A DNA stretch of 64,000 nt. Origin: Octopus vulgaris. Lineage: Eukaryota. The DNA lies in contig OX597842.1 in NCBI GenBank assembly GCA_951406725.2, positions 15,624,001 through 15,688,000 on the forward strand, written 5' to 3'. Positions 11,936 through 24,478 of the stretch are shown here, in pieces (within the stretch, counting starts at the first letter, position 1; each line of letters opens with the position of its first letter). The notes below the pieces were generated by a model that was not told the DNA's origin, ran no database searches, and was given only the letters and a program-made list of their open reading frames with translations. Both the position numbers and the translations under genes were made by a program.

Positions 11936-13864
11936 TTTGATTAAATTATGAATTAAATATAGAAAATTAAATATTTATAAATAATATATATCGTATATTC
12001 ACCACCGACTGATTTACGGATTTCTATTTAATCCAGACAATCCCAAAAGTGTAGAGAAGCAAGTGAATTCGCTTGAATCGATCGAAAATAGTATTGGAAT
12101 ATTATATTTAAACTGGAAACTTGAAATATTTAATGCCATATAACTTTTTCTACTGTACGCAAAAGACTAGAAAGTTTGTAGGAAGGAGAGTTGATTAGAT
12201 CGATCCTAGTAATTGTTACTTAATTTATCGACCCCGAAAGGATGAAAGGCAATGTCGACTTCGGCGGAATTTGAAGTCAGAACGATTAATGCAATATAAT
12301 ACAAATCCTTTAATCTGAAATAATACTCAGGAAGAGTCGAACCCACTCTGTACAATCTAGGGTACTTTTCAGTTGAACTGTAACAGACAGATCAGCTAAA
12401 TCTTAAGCTTAAAGAATTTTGTAGAATTATAACTAATGTGTTTTTATTTCTAAAAAGGTATCCGGTTTATGATATCAACCAAAATTTTACCGATGACGTC
12501 TTTAATAAACATAACTTTCATAATACCGGACTATGTTACACGTTTCATTTACGTAATTTCAGAGTCAGGCAATTTAAGCGGTTCTCGTAATTATCTGCAG
12601 TTTAATTAGTCTAACAATATCACTTTTAATTGTAAACGTAATATAGACATGCAATAATTAACTGTCATTCTGTTACTAAATCAGCTAATATCAATATAAC
12701 TGTAACAATAAACATCTTAAATTTAGGAAATGATGTTGCGAATTACGGTACCCGGGGGGCAGCCCAGCAAGCCAATTTGATTAAAGTGGGGGAAGTAGGC
12801 ATACCCGGCCGGATTATTTGCGTAAAGTGGATCTTCGTTGCCCGGTTCATTTCGACTCCTCACATGTCATCATTACACCAATGTCTTCGTTGACAAATCC
12901 ACACTGTATGCAGTTCTTCGTCGTCTGACCTCACCCAACTCTCATCTCTAACTCTTCCCATCGCCTAACTCTTATCCGATTTTTAATTACCCACAAGGGT
13001 CTAACATAGACGGACAATATGCACATTTGGGGACAATTAACATATGGAAGAACAGAAGAAGAAGAAGAAGAAGAAGAAGAAGAAGAAGGGGAAGAAGAAG
13101 AAGAAGGGGAAGAAGAAGAAGAAGGGGAAGAAGAAGAAGAGGATGAAGAAGAAAAAGAAGAAGAAGAACAATAAGAAGAAGAAGAAGAAAATGGAGAAAG
13201 TGCAGGACGATAAGATGTGGAAGAAGAGAAAGTAAAACAAGAATGGTAGGACAAAAACAACATCAAATCAACAACATTAAAACAATATTAGAGGAAGTAG
13301 AAGAAGAAAACGGAGACGAAGAATATGTATATGGAGATAATAACTAATACGATGAAACGAAGGAAACGAAAATGACGAAAAGAAGAAGAAGACGAAGAAA
13401 AAGAGGAGGAGTAGGAAAAAGAATAGGAAGGAAGAGGAGAGGAGGTAATGAAGATGAAGTGGAAGTAGAAGTTAAAGAAGAAGAGAAAGAGGTGATAAAT
13501 AAGTAGGAGAAGAAAAGAAGAAGAAAGGAAGAAGAATAAGTCCAAGAAGAATTTTATAAATGAGTTTTATAAATGATGTAGTTCTAAATGTACAAATGCC
13601 ATCGGTATTGAAGCATGTTATTTAGCGTAAACACCAGACATAATATCCATACCGAATGATAGACACAGATGAATAGGGATTTGTATGTTCATAGTGATGA
13701 TGAAAATGGTGTTGATGCTGATGATGTTGGTGGCGAAGTTTCTCTTGTCGATGATGATGAACATATAATACCGTGTGAAAGGAAAATGACGAGAGTGAAC
13801 GAAATTACAAACATGGAAATATATCGGCAATGATATACTATAAATGAAGATTGATTTAACTTAC

Positions 13865-13936
13865 AGATAATTTAAATTAGTCAAATATTGGAAGGTTTCT
13901 GGTTTGATTTCAGTGAGATCATTAGCCGACAAATCC
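13865..13936 (-). CDS. 72-nt single-LRR exon: (L)DLSANDLTEIKPETFQYLTNLNY(L)
   Basis: ttttatgttccAG|G GAT TTG TCG GCT AAT GAT CTC...AAT TAT CT|GTAAGTT; 72 nt, phase 2-2, LRR consensus. Confidence 0.9.
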
Positions 13937-14550
13937 CTGGAACATAAAATTGAGTCAAGATGAAACTTTATGGAACATGTTTTTGGAAGTATATAACATA
14001 TTTCGAGTAAGGAATTAGACTATGGAAATCATGAAGAGTTCATTACGGTTCTGTTGAAATTGATAATGACGATGATGATGATGTTCAAGTGGATGTAACT
14101 AACTGCGGTTGTCTATGGTAATGAATAAAGTTGATGATGAACCTGACAATGTTGACGGCTGAGAGAAAGAATAGTGTTGCGGAGAATAGTCTCGGTAATG
14201 ATGATGGGAACGAAGAACGTTTCGGCAACCACTACCCTGGGATGATCATCAAGCAAGCAAGCGTGTGTTTATGCACACACGTGTGTATGTAAGCATGTGT
14301 GTATGTATGTGTGTTTCTGTATGCGCGTGTGTGTTAACTCAATAGTTGAACATGAAGTACGAAGAATATTACATCTTCATAATTTATTTGTTGAGGCATT
14401 TTCTTCATATTACATTCATTGGTTAATCAGCCCAAGATTTCCTCAAGATGCCACAAAGTATCTGCTCGGATTTCAAATCCCTATTCCATTACGTTACATA
14501 TGTGTGTGTGTGTGGCTCTGTATATATATGTATGTATATGCATATGTATA

Positions 14551-15445
14551 TACGAGGGGATATACTAAAGTAACCGTAAATGTTCTCTGTAAGACCAACC
14601 CTTTGTAGTTCAGGTTTCCGTCGCTAAACTCCAATTGATGCGACTGTCAGGCATCAGTCAGTCAACCGGCGTTATCCGCTAGTGTTGTACTGCCGGGTAG
14701 TTCTTCTTTGTTTTGACGTGATTCTGCTCAGTTCGTATGTTTCTTGCAATGGCTGGAACGAAGGAACATTGTGCTTCTGTGAAATTCTGTTTACTGCTGC
14801 TGAAAACTGCAGATGAAACAATTCTCATGCATCCCATCACAAGGATTATGCAATGGGCAAAGCACAAGTTTATGAATGGTTTTCACGATTTAGGAATGGT
14901 CACTTGTCGCTTGAAAACCAACCTCATTCATGACAACCATCGACCTCCCAAACATCATGAAAATTCATGATCTGATCCTGGAGGACTGTCACTGAGCAAT
15001 TGATGAACTTGTTGACATGTCAGTTTTGTCCTCGAGCTCCTGCCAATGAATTTTGTGTGAGGAATTGTGAATGAAACACGTTCCAGCAAAATCTGTTTCT
15101 CGTTTGCTCACGGAATGTCAAAAACAGTCATGGCTGAATGCGTGTCGTGAGCAAGAAGAACGGCTATGAGGTAATCTGAATGTTTTTTCGAAGGTCATCA
15201 CTTGTGACGAAAGCTGGTGCTACGGAATTTGAAGATGTTGAAGTGAGGAAAGAAAACGATGGGGGCGTTAAAAAGCATCACTTCGGAATAGGTCCAAAAC
15301 TGATTCCAGTAGCTGAAAAGGCGCCTGCAACGATGCATTGATTAAAATGGAGAATAATTTGAACACAATAAAAGTGTAAATATGTAAAACTAAGTGAATA
15401 ATATAATATTTCAAAATTACGGTTTCTTTTGGGCAGCCCCTCGTA
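14551..15445 (+). mobile_element. Non-autonomous mariner (~0.9 kb) with both TIRs
   Basis: TIRs tacgaggggatatactaaagtaaccgtaa and ttacggtttcttttgggcagcccctcgta in TA context; frameshifted transposase remnants. Confidence 0.8.
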
Positions 15446-15946
15446 TGTATGTACACACAAGCGGCTAAGGCCGAGCTTCCCTGGAATTATTAATACCTAA
15501 AATAGATATCATCTCATCATTTCCTGATATTTTGTGTAAACCGTTGTTTAAAAGATGCCAAGATGCCGAAAATCCTCAGTTTGTAAATGTTAATTCACTG
15601 AGAATTGTAAATACACAGAACATAAGAAAAAACTAAAATACACTTTACTTTTATATTTATATTTTCTGTGGTAAATGTTTTTATAACATACGCTACACAT
15701 TTGCAAAATATCTTTAAAATAATTGTTTTTCTAACAAGTAAATTTTACAATGACTAACGTAGTGCTTGAAGTATACAATGTTCTTATTTTGCCCTTGGTT
15801 GCAGACAAGGGATGAAGATCTCACATTTGATAATTAGGATGTCGGTTGGCAAGCTAAGACTTCATAGTTTTTATCTTACAGAATATGGCTTATTGTACAC
15901 GGTACCTTATATATCTACGCCTTTGCAACTATACTCCACATAACAT

Positions 15947-16100
15947 GAAGAAAAAGAAGAAGAAGAAGAAGAAGAAGAAGAAGAAGAAGAAGAAGAAGAA
16001 GAAGAAGAAGAAGAAGAAGAAGAAGAAGAAGAAGAAGAAGAAGAAAAAGAAGAAGAAGAAGAAGTAAAAGAGGAAAAGAAGAAGAAAAAGAAGAAAAAAA
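15947..16100. repeat. (GAA)n/(TTC)n tract; similar pure or degenerate tracts at ~8355-8800, 13050-13550, 18350-18600, 30455-30660, 51300-51720, 54925-55120, 56720-56900, 59775-60155, 60680-61055, 61585-61955, 62490-62745
   Basis: Direct reading; always purine-rich on +, i.e. TTC-rich on the LRR gene sense strand. Confidence 0.95.
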
Positions 16101-18904
16101 TATTTATAATAATAATAATATTTTGGGCCACAACCGATTGTGCCCTTTGTTTATCCCCGCAAGAATCGATGCCAGATGAAGAAATAATTATAGTTATAAG
16201 TCATTTGCATTATTCGGTAGCTTCATAACAACGATGTTAACTAAGTCTAAAAGGGTTAGAGTTAATACATTTCGGAAACTACATAGAAGCCCCTTTGTCT
16301 AACTTCGGATCATTGACACCATTGGCCAATGAATGACTTTCTCACTGAGACTACACCGCTGTCATATTGTCTCCCACGGCTTCGCCTGTAACCCTAGATT
16401 GAATGGAAGATGGGTGATACGCTGAGCCAAAGGGCAGCTGTGTTTGCGCCAACAAAGTATTCCCTTATTTGACGTAATCCCTATATTTAAAGGCTGTTCC
16501 ATTGTCCACCGCCTGGTAACCTACCGAATAGTAGATACTCACACAAGATTTACTCATTCACACACACATTCATAGCCATCCTTAAATTGCGAGTCGAGAG
16601 AGAATGTCTTGGCAACATATCTAATGCTTTTACTAATTGCTTCAGGTGCCTAAGTATTTCGAGTAGGCATAGATACGCTTTTATATCTCCAAACCTTACC
16701 CTAACCCAGCTGTCGCATCCAATAATTTACTGGTACACATTTACAGCTGAGTAGACTGGATCATTCCTGATCAACGTCCCAAACACCGAGATTAGTTCAA
16801 GAACTGAACCAATCACATTATGATCGTGCAGCGACATGCTAATCACTGTATCATATCTTTCACACACACTGAGGTACTACAAGTAGAAACTGATACCAAC
16901 AGCTCAAATGCTGGATCCACGCTCAAATCACATCCAGTGCTATGGCAGTTTTAACAGTCGAAACATATCAGCTCAGATTTAATCTATTGGCTGAGGCTAA
17001 AGTCACAGAGATGGGAAAATGATAGAATATCATCAAATGCCTGACAAGAAATTCAAAGTTGTCTCTTGAATAACGTCCAACTTCTTTTCACGCAAAAACA
17101 ATCTAAAAATCTAAGGATTCTGGCAGCCATAAAGAATTCTCTTTTGTTTTCTTTGGATCATGAAGGAAGTCACTTTTGAAGAAAAACAGTACTAAAAGTT
17201 GATCCCGTGTATATCTAGGACTGAATTTAAAAGACAATTATTTTTCTTTTTAGAACCAGAACATATTTCACCCCTCAACAACTCCCACTTTTTGACGCTC
17301 AAGTAACCAAAGTAAGACCACTCTTTTTTTTAACATTCCTTCAGTAATATTAACCGCTATGTTTAGTTCTTCATCCTCAGAACATCGGATTCCGGAATGT
17401 CCTCCATGTTCCTGTCTTCTTTCCGGCGGGAATTTATCTGTAACAACTTAAACGGAGCATTACCATCATCACTCTCACCCATATCACACAACCAGCGAAA
17501 TTAATGATCTCTACTCCTTCTTCAAAACGCAGAAAGTAAAAACAATTGGGATTTGAACTTAAAATACAAAGAACTAGAAAATTTCCATACGAGACCCAGT
17601 CCCACATCCCTACACTTTGTCTAGTCCACTGGCCTCTTTAAGTACGCAAAACCTCGTACGTTAAGGACGTCCTCGGTTAGATTTTAAGTTAGAATACCGA
17701 ATGCTAGATTAAATACCACAAGGTGTCACTCAACTCGACGGCCTGCAGGTTCGGCCAATTTTTGACTAAATTATGAATTAAAATTAAGAAAATTTAAAAT
17801 TTCTAAATAATATATATCGTATATTCACAATCTGCAGATATACGGATTTCTATTTAATTCAGACAATCCCAAATGTGTAGAGAAGCAAGTGAATTCGCTT
17901 GAATCGATCGAATATAGTATTGAAATAGTTTATTTAAACTGGAAACTTGAAATATTTAATGCCATATAACTTTTTCTACTGTAGGCACAAGACCCGAAAT
18001 TTTGGAGGAAGGAGAGTCGATTAGATCGATCCTAGTACGCAATTGTTACTTAATTTATCGACCCCGAAAGGATGAAAGGCAATGTCGACTTCGGCGGAAT
18101 TTGAAGTCAGAACGATTAATGCAATATAATACAAATCCTTTAATCTGAAATAATACTCAGGAAGAGTCGAACCCACTCTGTACAATCTCGGGTACTTTTC
18201 AGTTGAACTGTAACAGCGAGATCAGCTAAATCATAAGCTTAAAGAATTTTGTAGAATTATAACTAATGTGTTTTTATTTCTAAAAATGTATCGGGTTTAT
18301 GATATCACCCTAAATTTTACCGATGATGTCTTTAATAAAAATAAGTTTCACGAAGAAAACGAAAATGATGAAAAGAAGAAGAAGACGATGACAGATGCAA
18401 AGTAGAAGATAAAAAAAGGAAAATGAATAAGAGTGGCAAAAAATATTAGTGTGCAGATAGTGCAAAAGGAACATCTAGAAGAAGAAGAAGAAGAAGATGA
18501 CGAAGAAGCAGAAAAAGAAAAAGAAGAAGAAGAAAAAGAAACAGAAAAAGACGTAGGAGAAGAGGAAGAAGAAGAAGAGGTAGTAGAAAAGAAGAAGAAA
18601 AATAATAATAATAATAATAATCAATTCTTTTTTATTGGCCGCAAGGGCTGACACGCATGATTACATAAAGGGACAAGACAGGACGAAAGGTTACAAAGGG
18701 TTTTGCCGTTTTTTTTAAAAACATCGAGTAAAAATCTTTATAACAACTTATAAAATTCAACAATGAAAAACTCCCAAAAGGGGGAGACGTCTCGAAAGGT
18801 TCCTGGTGGAAAAAACCCTACAAAAGCCAACGGGAGCCTGGTCAAAAAATAGGGGTGTAGAGAGTCCCCTTTCTTCTCCTTTTACATTACCTTTTTCTTT
18901 GAAA

Positions 18905-21900
18905 TCACAGGCGAAACCTGAGAACTGGTCCATTTATACAGGCCAGTCTCGCACAATTCACCCACCTTTCATAAAACTTGCTATCGGACAGCACTTTCCT
19001 CTCTAACCTCATCTTCCTTTTCAAGTGAAACTTGAAAAAGTTGATGAGGCCTTGACCAAAGAGGAAAGTGTCTGTCTTTAGTCCTTTCAAACGAGTCCAC
19101 CACACCACCTCTTTCGCCACAGCCACTAGGCACAAGAAAACGGCCTCGCCCTCCTTGTTAAAGGAGGTCGGCGGGGCAATCTTCACTATGGATTCGGCCG
19201 ATAGTCGGATCCGTCCTACACGTGACAGTAGCTGTTCGACATAAACCCATATTTCAGCAATACTCGGGCACTGGACGAGTGCTTGCAGGACGGTTTCGTC
19301 GTCATGGCAACACCTCGGGCAGGCCCGGCTGACGGCACTTCCGTGCCGGTAGAGTTTATCTCGAACAGGCAGAGCCCCTCGGTAGCACTGCCAAGCGAGA
19401 GACCTCTGGAAATTATCCATCGGCCCCGGCCCGAAAGTCCTCCCGAACAGACCGCACAGTTCGTCATCTTCAACGCCTAGAGTTTCCCCGAGAACGTCGT
19501 CGCATTTTTCCTCCACTAACCCTCTATAGAACGCTAGAGTGGAGCTGTAACCGACCGCATTGCCCGCCTGGCGGAGGGCGGAGAGGGCTTGACGGCACTC
19601 GAGGTGCCAAGCGCCCTTTCTCGGTCTACGTTTGATCCAGGTCTGCAGCTCCGTCAAAGAGACGAGCTGCGGAAAATCGCGTCTGACAAAAGACGACCAC
19701 ACCTGTTCACCGTCTAGGAAGCGCTTGAGATGCCGCAGCCTGAGCGCATGTCTGCGCAACAGCAACCACGGCATTCCAAGGCCTCCGTTCAGCGGTCGTT
19801 GACAGCAGATGGATCGCCTGACCAGTGGCACCTGACCCTTCCACAAAAAGTCGAAGAGCAGACGTACCAGCTTGGCCAACCAGCGGTCGGGACAAGGGAC
19901 GACGGTCAAGCGGTAATAGATGACGGATGCGATGTACGCATTCGCCACCTCCGCTCGACCTTTCAGGGACAGCTTCCTCTCGGCCCATTTCTGGGTGAGA
20001 CGTGCCACCCTGCTCGTCACCTCTTCCCAGTTCTTATCCACCTGGAGGTCCGGACCGAACCAGACCCCGAGCAGTTTAACGGGTCCGTCTGTCCAGCGCC
20101 CTACGACGCTGTTGGACGGCATGGGCTTGCCTCTCCAGGTGCCCAGTTGCAAGCCCACAGACTTTTCCGCGTTAATCTTTGCTCCTGTCACCGCTTCGTA
20201 CTGGTTTAGCGTCTCGCCAATCAGGCCAATGTGCCTGTGGCTCGACACCACCACGGTGACGTCGTCGGCATAGGCAGACACGCTGTTTCCGCCTCCTAGA
20301 TCGCGCGGGATACCCCTCAAAGCCTCCAACTTGCGCAGTAATGGCTCGAGAGTCAAAATGTACAAGAGGGAGGAGAGAGGGCATCCTTGGCGGACCGAAC
20401 GCGAGATGTCGAACGGTTCCGAAAGGTGACCGTTCACCCGTATCACCGAGCAGATGTTGCTGTATAAAGCAGCGATCCACCCGCGGAAGACTGGACCGAA
20501 GCCGGCTGCCCTGAGGACAGCTGCCAGGTACCGATGGTCGACCCTATCGAAGGCTTTACTCTGATCCAAGTTGATCAAAGCCCCACCCGCGCCAGCGTCG
20601 TTACCCACCCTCTCTATGATGTAGCGCATGAGATGGAGGTTGTCGTGTATCGACCTGGTCGGCACGGCGCATGTCTGCGTCTTGCCGACCAGCTTGTCCA
20701 CGACAAGCGCCAATCTCTTGGCTAGCACCTTGGCCAAAATCTTCAACTCTGCATTGAGCAGAGTGATGGGCCGGAAATTCCCTATAACGTCCCCCTTGTT
20801 TGGGTCCTTCTTTAGCAAAGCCACCACCCCTCGACAGACAAAAGCAGGAATTCTCCCGTTTTGCTGCCAGTTGCAGTAGACGTTTGCCAACAGGTCCGCA
20901 AACAAGTCTGGCATTGAAAAGTAAAGCTCGTAGGGCAGACCATCCAAACCCGGCGATCTACCTCTCGTGCAACTCTTCATCGCTTCCTGTACTTCCCAGG
21001 CAGATATCGGTCCTTCGCAGCACTCTGCCTCGCTGTCCGAGAGTTGCGGCAGTCCGTCCAGGTACACACCGAAGTCTGTACCGTTGGTGTCCGTTCCACC
21101 GCTCGTCCCAAACAGTTGAGCAAAGTGCCGCTGAAGCACCGTACACATCTGCTTCGGTTGGGTAACCTCGCGCCCGTTCTGGTCCACCAAAGACCGAATG
21201 GTTGCTCTGTTGCCTCGCTTCGCCTCCGCCACGCGGGCCCATCGAGCGGCTCTAGTCCCCTCCCCGCTTAGCGAGCGTGCCTTAGCTCTGACAACGCAGC
21301 CCTCGTGTTTGGCGTCGAAGTGTTGGTCGAGGGCCAACCTTGCCGCCAACACGTCGGTCGCGATGCCAGTGTCAAGAGCCTCGTCTAGTTTCTTAACTAA
21401 ATCCCGCTCTCTCTTCCTACGTTCAATAGCTAGAGTCTTACTATACCTAATCGACTCTACTCTAATTGCTCTCTTGAGGGCAAACCACCAGTTGTTGTTG
21501 ATGATTGCCCCCGTGAGCGCCCGCTTAACTTGTAAACTAATCCGCTCTCTGTAAGCTTTGCACGCCGTTAACGACGCGTTCAGCTTCCAGTAGCCGGGTC
21601 CCTGTCTATGTAGCCTATCTAAGTCGACCGTACAGATCACTAATTTGTGGTCCGTATATTCGACTAGGTGGAATTGTGGACACCCTACGCTGTCCTTATC
21701 CGCTGGCCTACAAAACACTCTATCTAAGTACGATCTAGACGACCCGATGCGGTTTGTCCAAGTCCACATTGGCACATTCGGGTTGTCTAGTCGAAACCTG
21801 TCGGACAGCTGAAAGCGGCCGAGTAGGTTGGCGAGGCTCTTGCACCCTCCCCCTCTCCTATCAGACGCTCCCCTGCCCACCCGATCGAAACGTTCGTCTA

Positions 21901-22339
21901 AGACAGCGTTCCAATCCCCAACTAGCACTAGAGTGCGTGACGTTCCCAGGAAAACTTCCAGACGTTTGAAATAATCCGACTGCCCTGCTCCTGTCGGAGC
22001 GTAGGCAGCCAGCAGTCTGAAAGCACCGCCGTCACTACCGTCGACGTCGAGGACCACCAACTTACCTTCCGGATCTAAGAAGACTGTCCTTATTTTCAGG
22101 TCCAGGCCCTTCCGAAACAACACCGCAGTACCACCACCGCCCGCTCCCGGCCGACACGGAGATAGAAATATCTCGTATCCGCCGAAAAGGGCTGCGAGTT
22201 CCTGCGGGTCGGAGAGCCTGGTTTCACTGATGGCTGCTACATCCACATCATGAAACCTCAGGTCGTTTAACAGGTGACCCTGTTTCCAAGGTGACCCGAG
22301 GCCTCTCACATTCAAGCAACCGATTCTAAGATTTGCCAT
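18905..22339 (-). CDS. Tx1-type ORF2 (APE endonuclease, reverse transcriptase, C-terminal Cys motif), 1144 aa, intact
   Basis: CLNVRGL, ISETRL, VGDWN, SYLDRVF, YTDHKLV, GPGYWKLN; RT motifs SPGLDGLP, NFRPITLLN, LDQSKAFDRVDH, VRQGCPLS, AYADD; CPRC...C. Confidence 0.97.
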   Translation of the reverse strand: MANLRIGCLNVRGLGSPWKQGHLLNDLRFHDVDVAAISETRLSDPQELAALFGGYEIFLSPCRPGAGGGGTAVLFRKGLDLKIRTVFLDPEGKLVVLDVDGSDGGAFRLLAAYAPTGAGQSDYFKRLEVFLGTSRTLVLVGDWNAVLDERFDRVGRGASDRRGGGCKSLANLLGRFQLSDRFRLDNPNVPMWTWTNRIGSSRSYLDRVFCRPADKDSVGCPQFHLVEYTDHKLVICTVDLDRLHRQGPGYWKLNASLTACKAYRERISLQVKRALTGAIINNNWWFALKRAIRVESIRYSKTLAIERRKRERDLVKKLDEALDTGIATDVLAARLALDQHFDAKHEGCVVRAKARSLSGEGTRAARWARVAEAKRGNRATIRSLVDQNGREVTQPKQMCTVLQRHFAQLFGTSGGTDTNGTDFGVYLDGLPQLSDSEAECCEGPISAWEVQEAMKSCTRGRSPGLDGLPYELYFSMPDLFADLLANVYCNWQQNGRIPAFVCRGVVALLKKDPNKGDVIGNFRPITLLNAELKILAKVLAKRLALVVDKLVGKTQTCAVPTRSIHDNLHLMRYIIERVGNDAGAGGALINLDQSKAFDRVDHRYLAAVLRAAGFGPVFRGWIAALYSNICSVIRVNGHLSEPFDISRSVRQGCPLSSLLYILTLEPLLRKLEALRGIPRDLGGGNSVSAYADDVTVVVSSHRHIGLIGETLNQYEAVTGAKINAEKSVGLQLGTWRGKPMPSNSVVGRWTDGPVKLLGVWFGPDLQVDKNWEEVTSRVARLTQKWAERKLSLKGRAEVANAYIASVIYYRLTVVPCPDRWLAKLVRLLFDFLWKGQVPLVRRSICCQRPLNGGLGMPWLLLRRHALRLRHLKRFLDGEQVWSSFVRRDFPQLVSLTELQTWIKRRPRKGAWHLECRQALSALRQAGNAVGYSSTLAFYRGLVEEKCDDVLGETLGVEDDELCGLFGRTFGPGPMDNFQRSLAWQCYRGALPVRDKLYRHGSAVSRACPRCCHDDETVLQALVQCPSIAEIWVYVEQLLSRVGRIRLSAESIVKIAPPTSFNKEGEAVFLCLVAVAKEVVWWTRLKGLKTDTFLFGQGLINFFKFHLKRKMRLERKVLSDSKFYERWVNCARLACINGPVLRFRL

Positions 22340-22378
22340 GTCTCAAAGTAGGGGAAAAAAAAAAGGAGAAAAAAGGCT

Positions 22379-23899
22379 CTACTTACTGTTGTTGGTGGTG
22401 GGGGTGGCTCCCTTGTGCTTTTGCACGGGTGCTCCAATAATATTTTTGTAAAGTTTCTGAGAGAAACTTTTCCCAAACGATCCCACATCGTTAGGGAATA
22501 TTTGTTTTATTTCGTTGTAAACTGTTTTGTTTATTTTAATTGTGAGAATGTGTGCTGGTGGTGTGTTGTGTGTAGGTATTATGAAATCTGTAATGTTTGT
22601 GCTTGTTTTGTTTTTCAAATACTCAACCAGTTCCTGGTTTCTTGTATTCACTGCTGTAATCGTGTCTGTAATTGTGTCTGTGTTTGTTTGTGTCTGTGGT
22701 AGTGGCAGTAGTGGTGTCGAAAGTGTTGTTGTTGTTGTTTGTTGTTGTGAGTGTGTGTTGTTGTTGATGTTGTTGTTGATGTTGGGAAGTACTGTTTGTT
22801 CGTGCTTCCCCTGTAAATCTTTTTGTTTTTTCCTCCTTTTCTTTTTTGGAGGTACTATATTCCATTCTCCTTTGTTGGAATCAGAGCTCGCACAATCCGA
22901 GATCTCTTCATCCGGCAAAGGAATGGTTGAGGGGTCTGCTTCAGTAGCAGGACGAAAAGTTTTGGGTTCCGCCGGTATCGGTGGTGTCGCTGCTCCTGTT
23001 ACTGTTGATGTCGCTGCTGTCGACCTTCGAGGTACTGGTGTCGGTGTTGGTTTGGTGGTGGTTGTCGGTGTTGGTTTGGTGGTGGTTGTTGTTGTTGGTG
23101 GTGGTGTTGTTCGTCTTGGTGCCGGTGTTGGTGATGGTGTTGGTGGTGTGGCAGCCTTTGGTTTTTCTTGCTGTTTTTGTTGTTTCTGTTGTTGTTGCTT
23201 GTGTTGTTGTTGTTGTTGTTGTTGTTGCTGCTGCCTCTTGCTATACTCCTCCATTCTCTTTTTTTGAATGGGGCAGTCCCTTTTTAGGTGGCTTTCGCTA
23301 CTGCAGAGGAAACATTTTGGCTTTCGCCCCTCTACAATAACATTTAGCCTGGTCCCATCCAGCAAGATGACAAAGTCAGGTATGGCATTGATGTTTTCCT
23401 GCTGGATCTGTACCAGCAGTTGAATACCCATGCCTGACCAGTTCTTTTCTCGTACCCTCCGAACATTCAGAATAGTGGCAGTGTCCTCTATGCCATAGAG
23501 GACAGCCGCCACTAGCCATGAGATTTTCTGTTCGGGGGGTATTGTGCTTATAGTTATTTTTTGTACCTTACGCCCGAGGTACGTCGGGACGAGGAACAAA
23601 TGTTCATTTTGCAAAGGCGAAATGGCGTTCGCCCTTGCAAGCTCCTCTGTTGGGAAGCGAACCTCCACGGTTCCAAATCGCTTCCCTCTTGTCACATAGC
23701 TCTTCTGGCCCCAAATGGGCTTCAGAGCCATCTCCAACTGTTGTGGTGTGGCGTTAAACAATATTTTAGTTTTCTTTTCGAAGACTTTATAAAAGATTGT
23801 TCTTTTGTTTGTCTCTTGTGTGAGTTGTTGAGGTGTGTTGAGGAAAACACTGTTCCCCTCCTTTCTCAACAAATCTTGTGCCATTTTTATGTCCTCCAT
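22379..23899 (-). CDS. Tx1-type ORF1 (nucleic-acid-binding, CCHC zinc knuckle, Q/T/P-rich tail); true start probably further upstream
   Basis: RGKRFGTVEVRF, CFLCSSESHLKRDC; lies directly upstream of ORF2. Confidence 0.88.
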   Translation of the reverse strand: MEDIKMAQDLLRKEGNSVFLNTPQQLTQETNKRTIFYKVFEKKTKILFNATPQQLEMALKPIWGQKSYVTRGKRFGTVEVRFPTEELARANAISPLQNEHLFLVPTYLGRKVQKITISTIPPEQKISWLVAAVLYGIEDTATILNVRRVREKNWSGMGIQLLVQIQQENINAIPDFVILLDGTRLNVIVEGRKPKCFLCSSESHLKRDCPIQKKRMEEYSKRQQQQQQQQQQHKQQQQKQQKQQEKPKAATPPTPSPTPAPRRTTPPPTTTTTTKPTPTTTTKPTPTPVPRRSTAATSTVTGAATPPIPAEPKTFRPATEADPSTIPLPDEEISDCASSDSNKGEWNIVPPKKKRRKKQKDLQGKHEQTVLPNINNNINNNTHSQQQTTTTTLSTPLLPLPQTQTNTDTITDTITAVNTRNQELVEYLKNKTSTNITDFIIPTHNTPPAHILTIKINKTVYNEIKQIFPNDVGSFGKSFSQKLYKNIIGAPVQKHKGATPTTNNSK

Positions 23900-24478
23900 T
23901 GTAATTTCTACATCTTCCGAAATTTGCTTCGCAGCAGAAGCAAAATCGTTAGAAGCTTTTACAGTTTTTTGTTGGTTCTTGTCTGTGTTTGTGTCTGTTA
24001 TAATTTTCTTTACCTCCCCCTTCGGTACAGCATCACTTGTTGAAGGCAGAGGGGGAAATCAAGAGTGACGTCGAACGCGACGTCCTGGCATGCATTCTCC
24101 TTTTGAACCGAGCGCGTGCTCTCCGGTTCGGAAGGAGGATCTTTGTTGCCTTTTACGGCTTGAAATGGGTTGTACGTAACCCATGACGTTATTTTTTTTG
24201 TTCTTGTGGAGGGGGTGTTGCAAGAAGGAGGGAAGAGCCAGCAGCTCGTTTCAAAGCCATTTTGTAAATATGTGTGTGCAAAAATGTCAATTTCAAAATA
24301 AAAAACAGCAATTTCACCCCAAAGGGGCAAAATTTTCGCCCAACCGACGAGCTCCGCAAGAAGCCGGTCGGTTTGGCTACAAAAATATTAAAAAATATTC
24401 AAGCTTATTAAAAAATTTCCAATAAAATTGGCACAAAACTCACAGAGCTGATTCACGTACGTCCATCGGCGTCGGAAG

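Larger units (their letters stand above)
11930..15950. repeat. Segmental-duplication cassette carrying LRR exon 13865-13936
   Basis: Collinear with 7210-10680; 14821-15892 also matches 1-1073. Confidence 0.9.

Noticed and set aside
1-15445. Four mariner copies as a local transposition burst
   Set aside because: They share flanking sequence and lesions, so they were multiplied passively with the cassettes.
16195-16280. Minus-strand FRNVLTLTLLDLVNIVVMKLP, LRR-like
   Set aside because: Wrong register relative to the exon family, Asn misplaced, in-frame stop and no donor; probably chance.
17030-17105. Minus-strand LFLREKKLDVIQETTLNFLSGI resembling a degenerate LRR exon
   Set aside because: Lacks the conserved Asn, ends in stops, has no donor or cassette flanks; LDVIQET could equally be a LINE endonuclease remnant.
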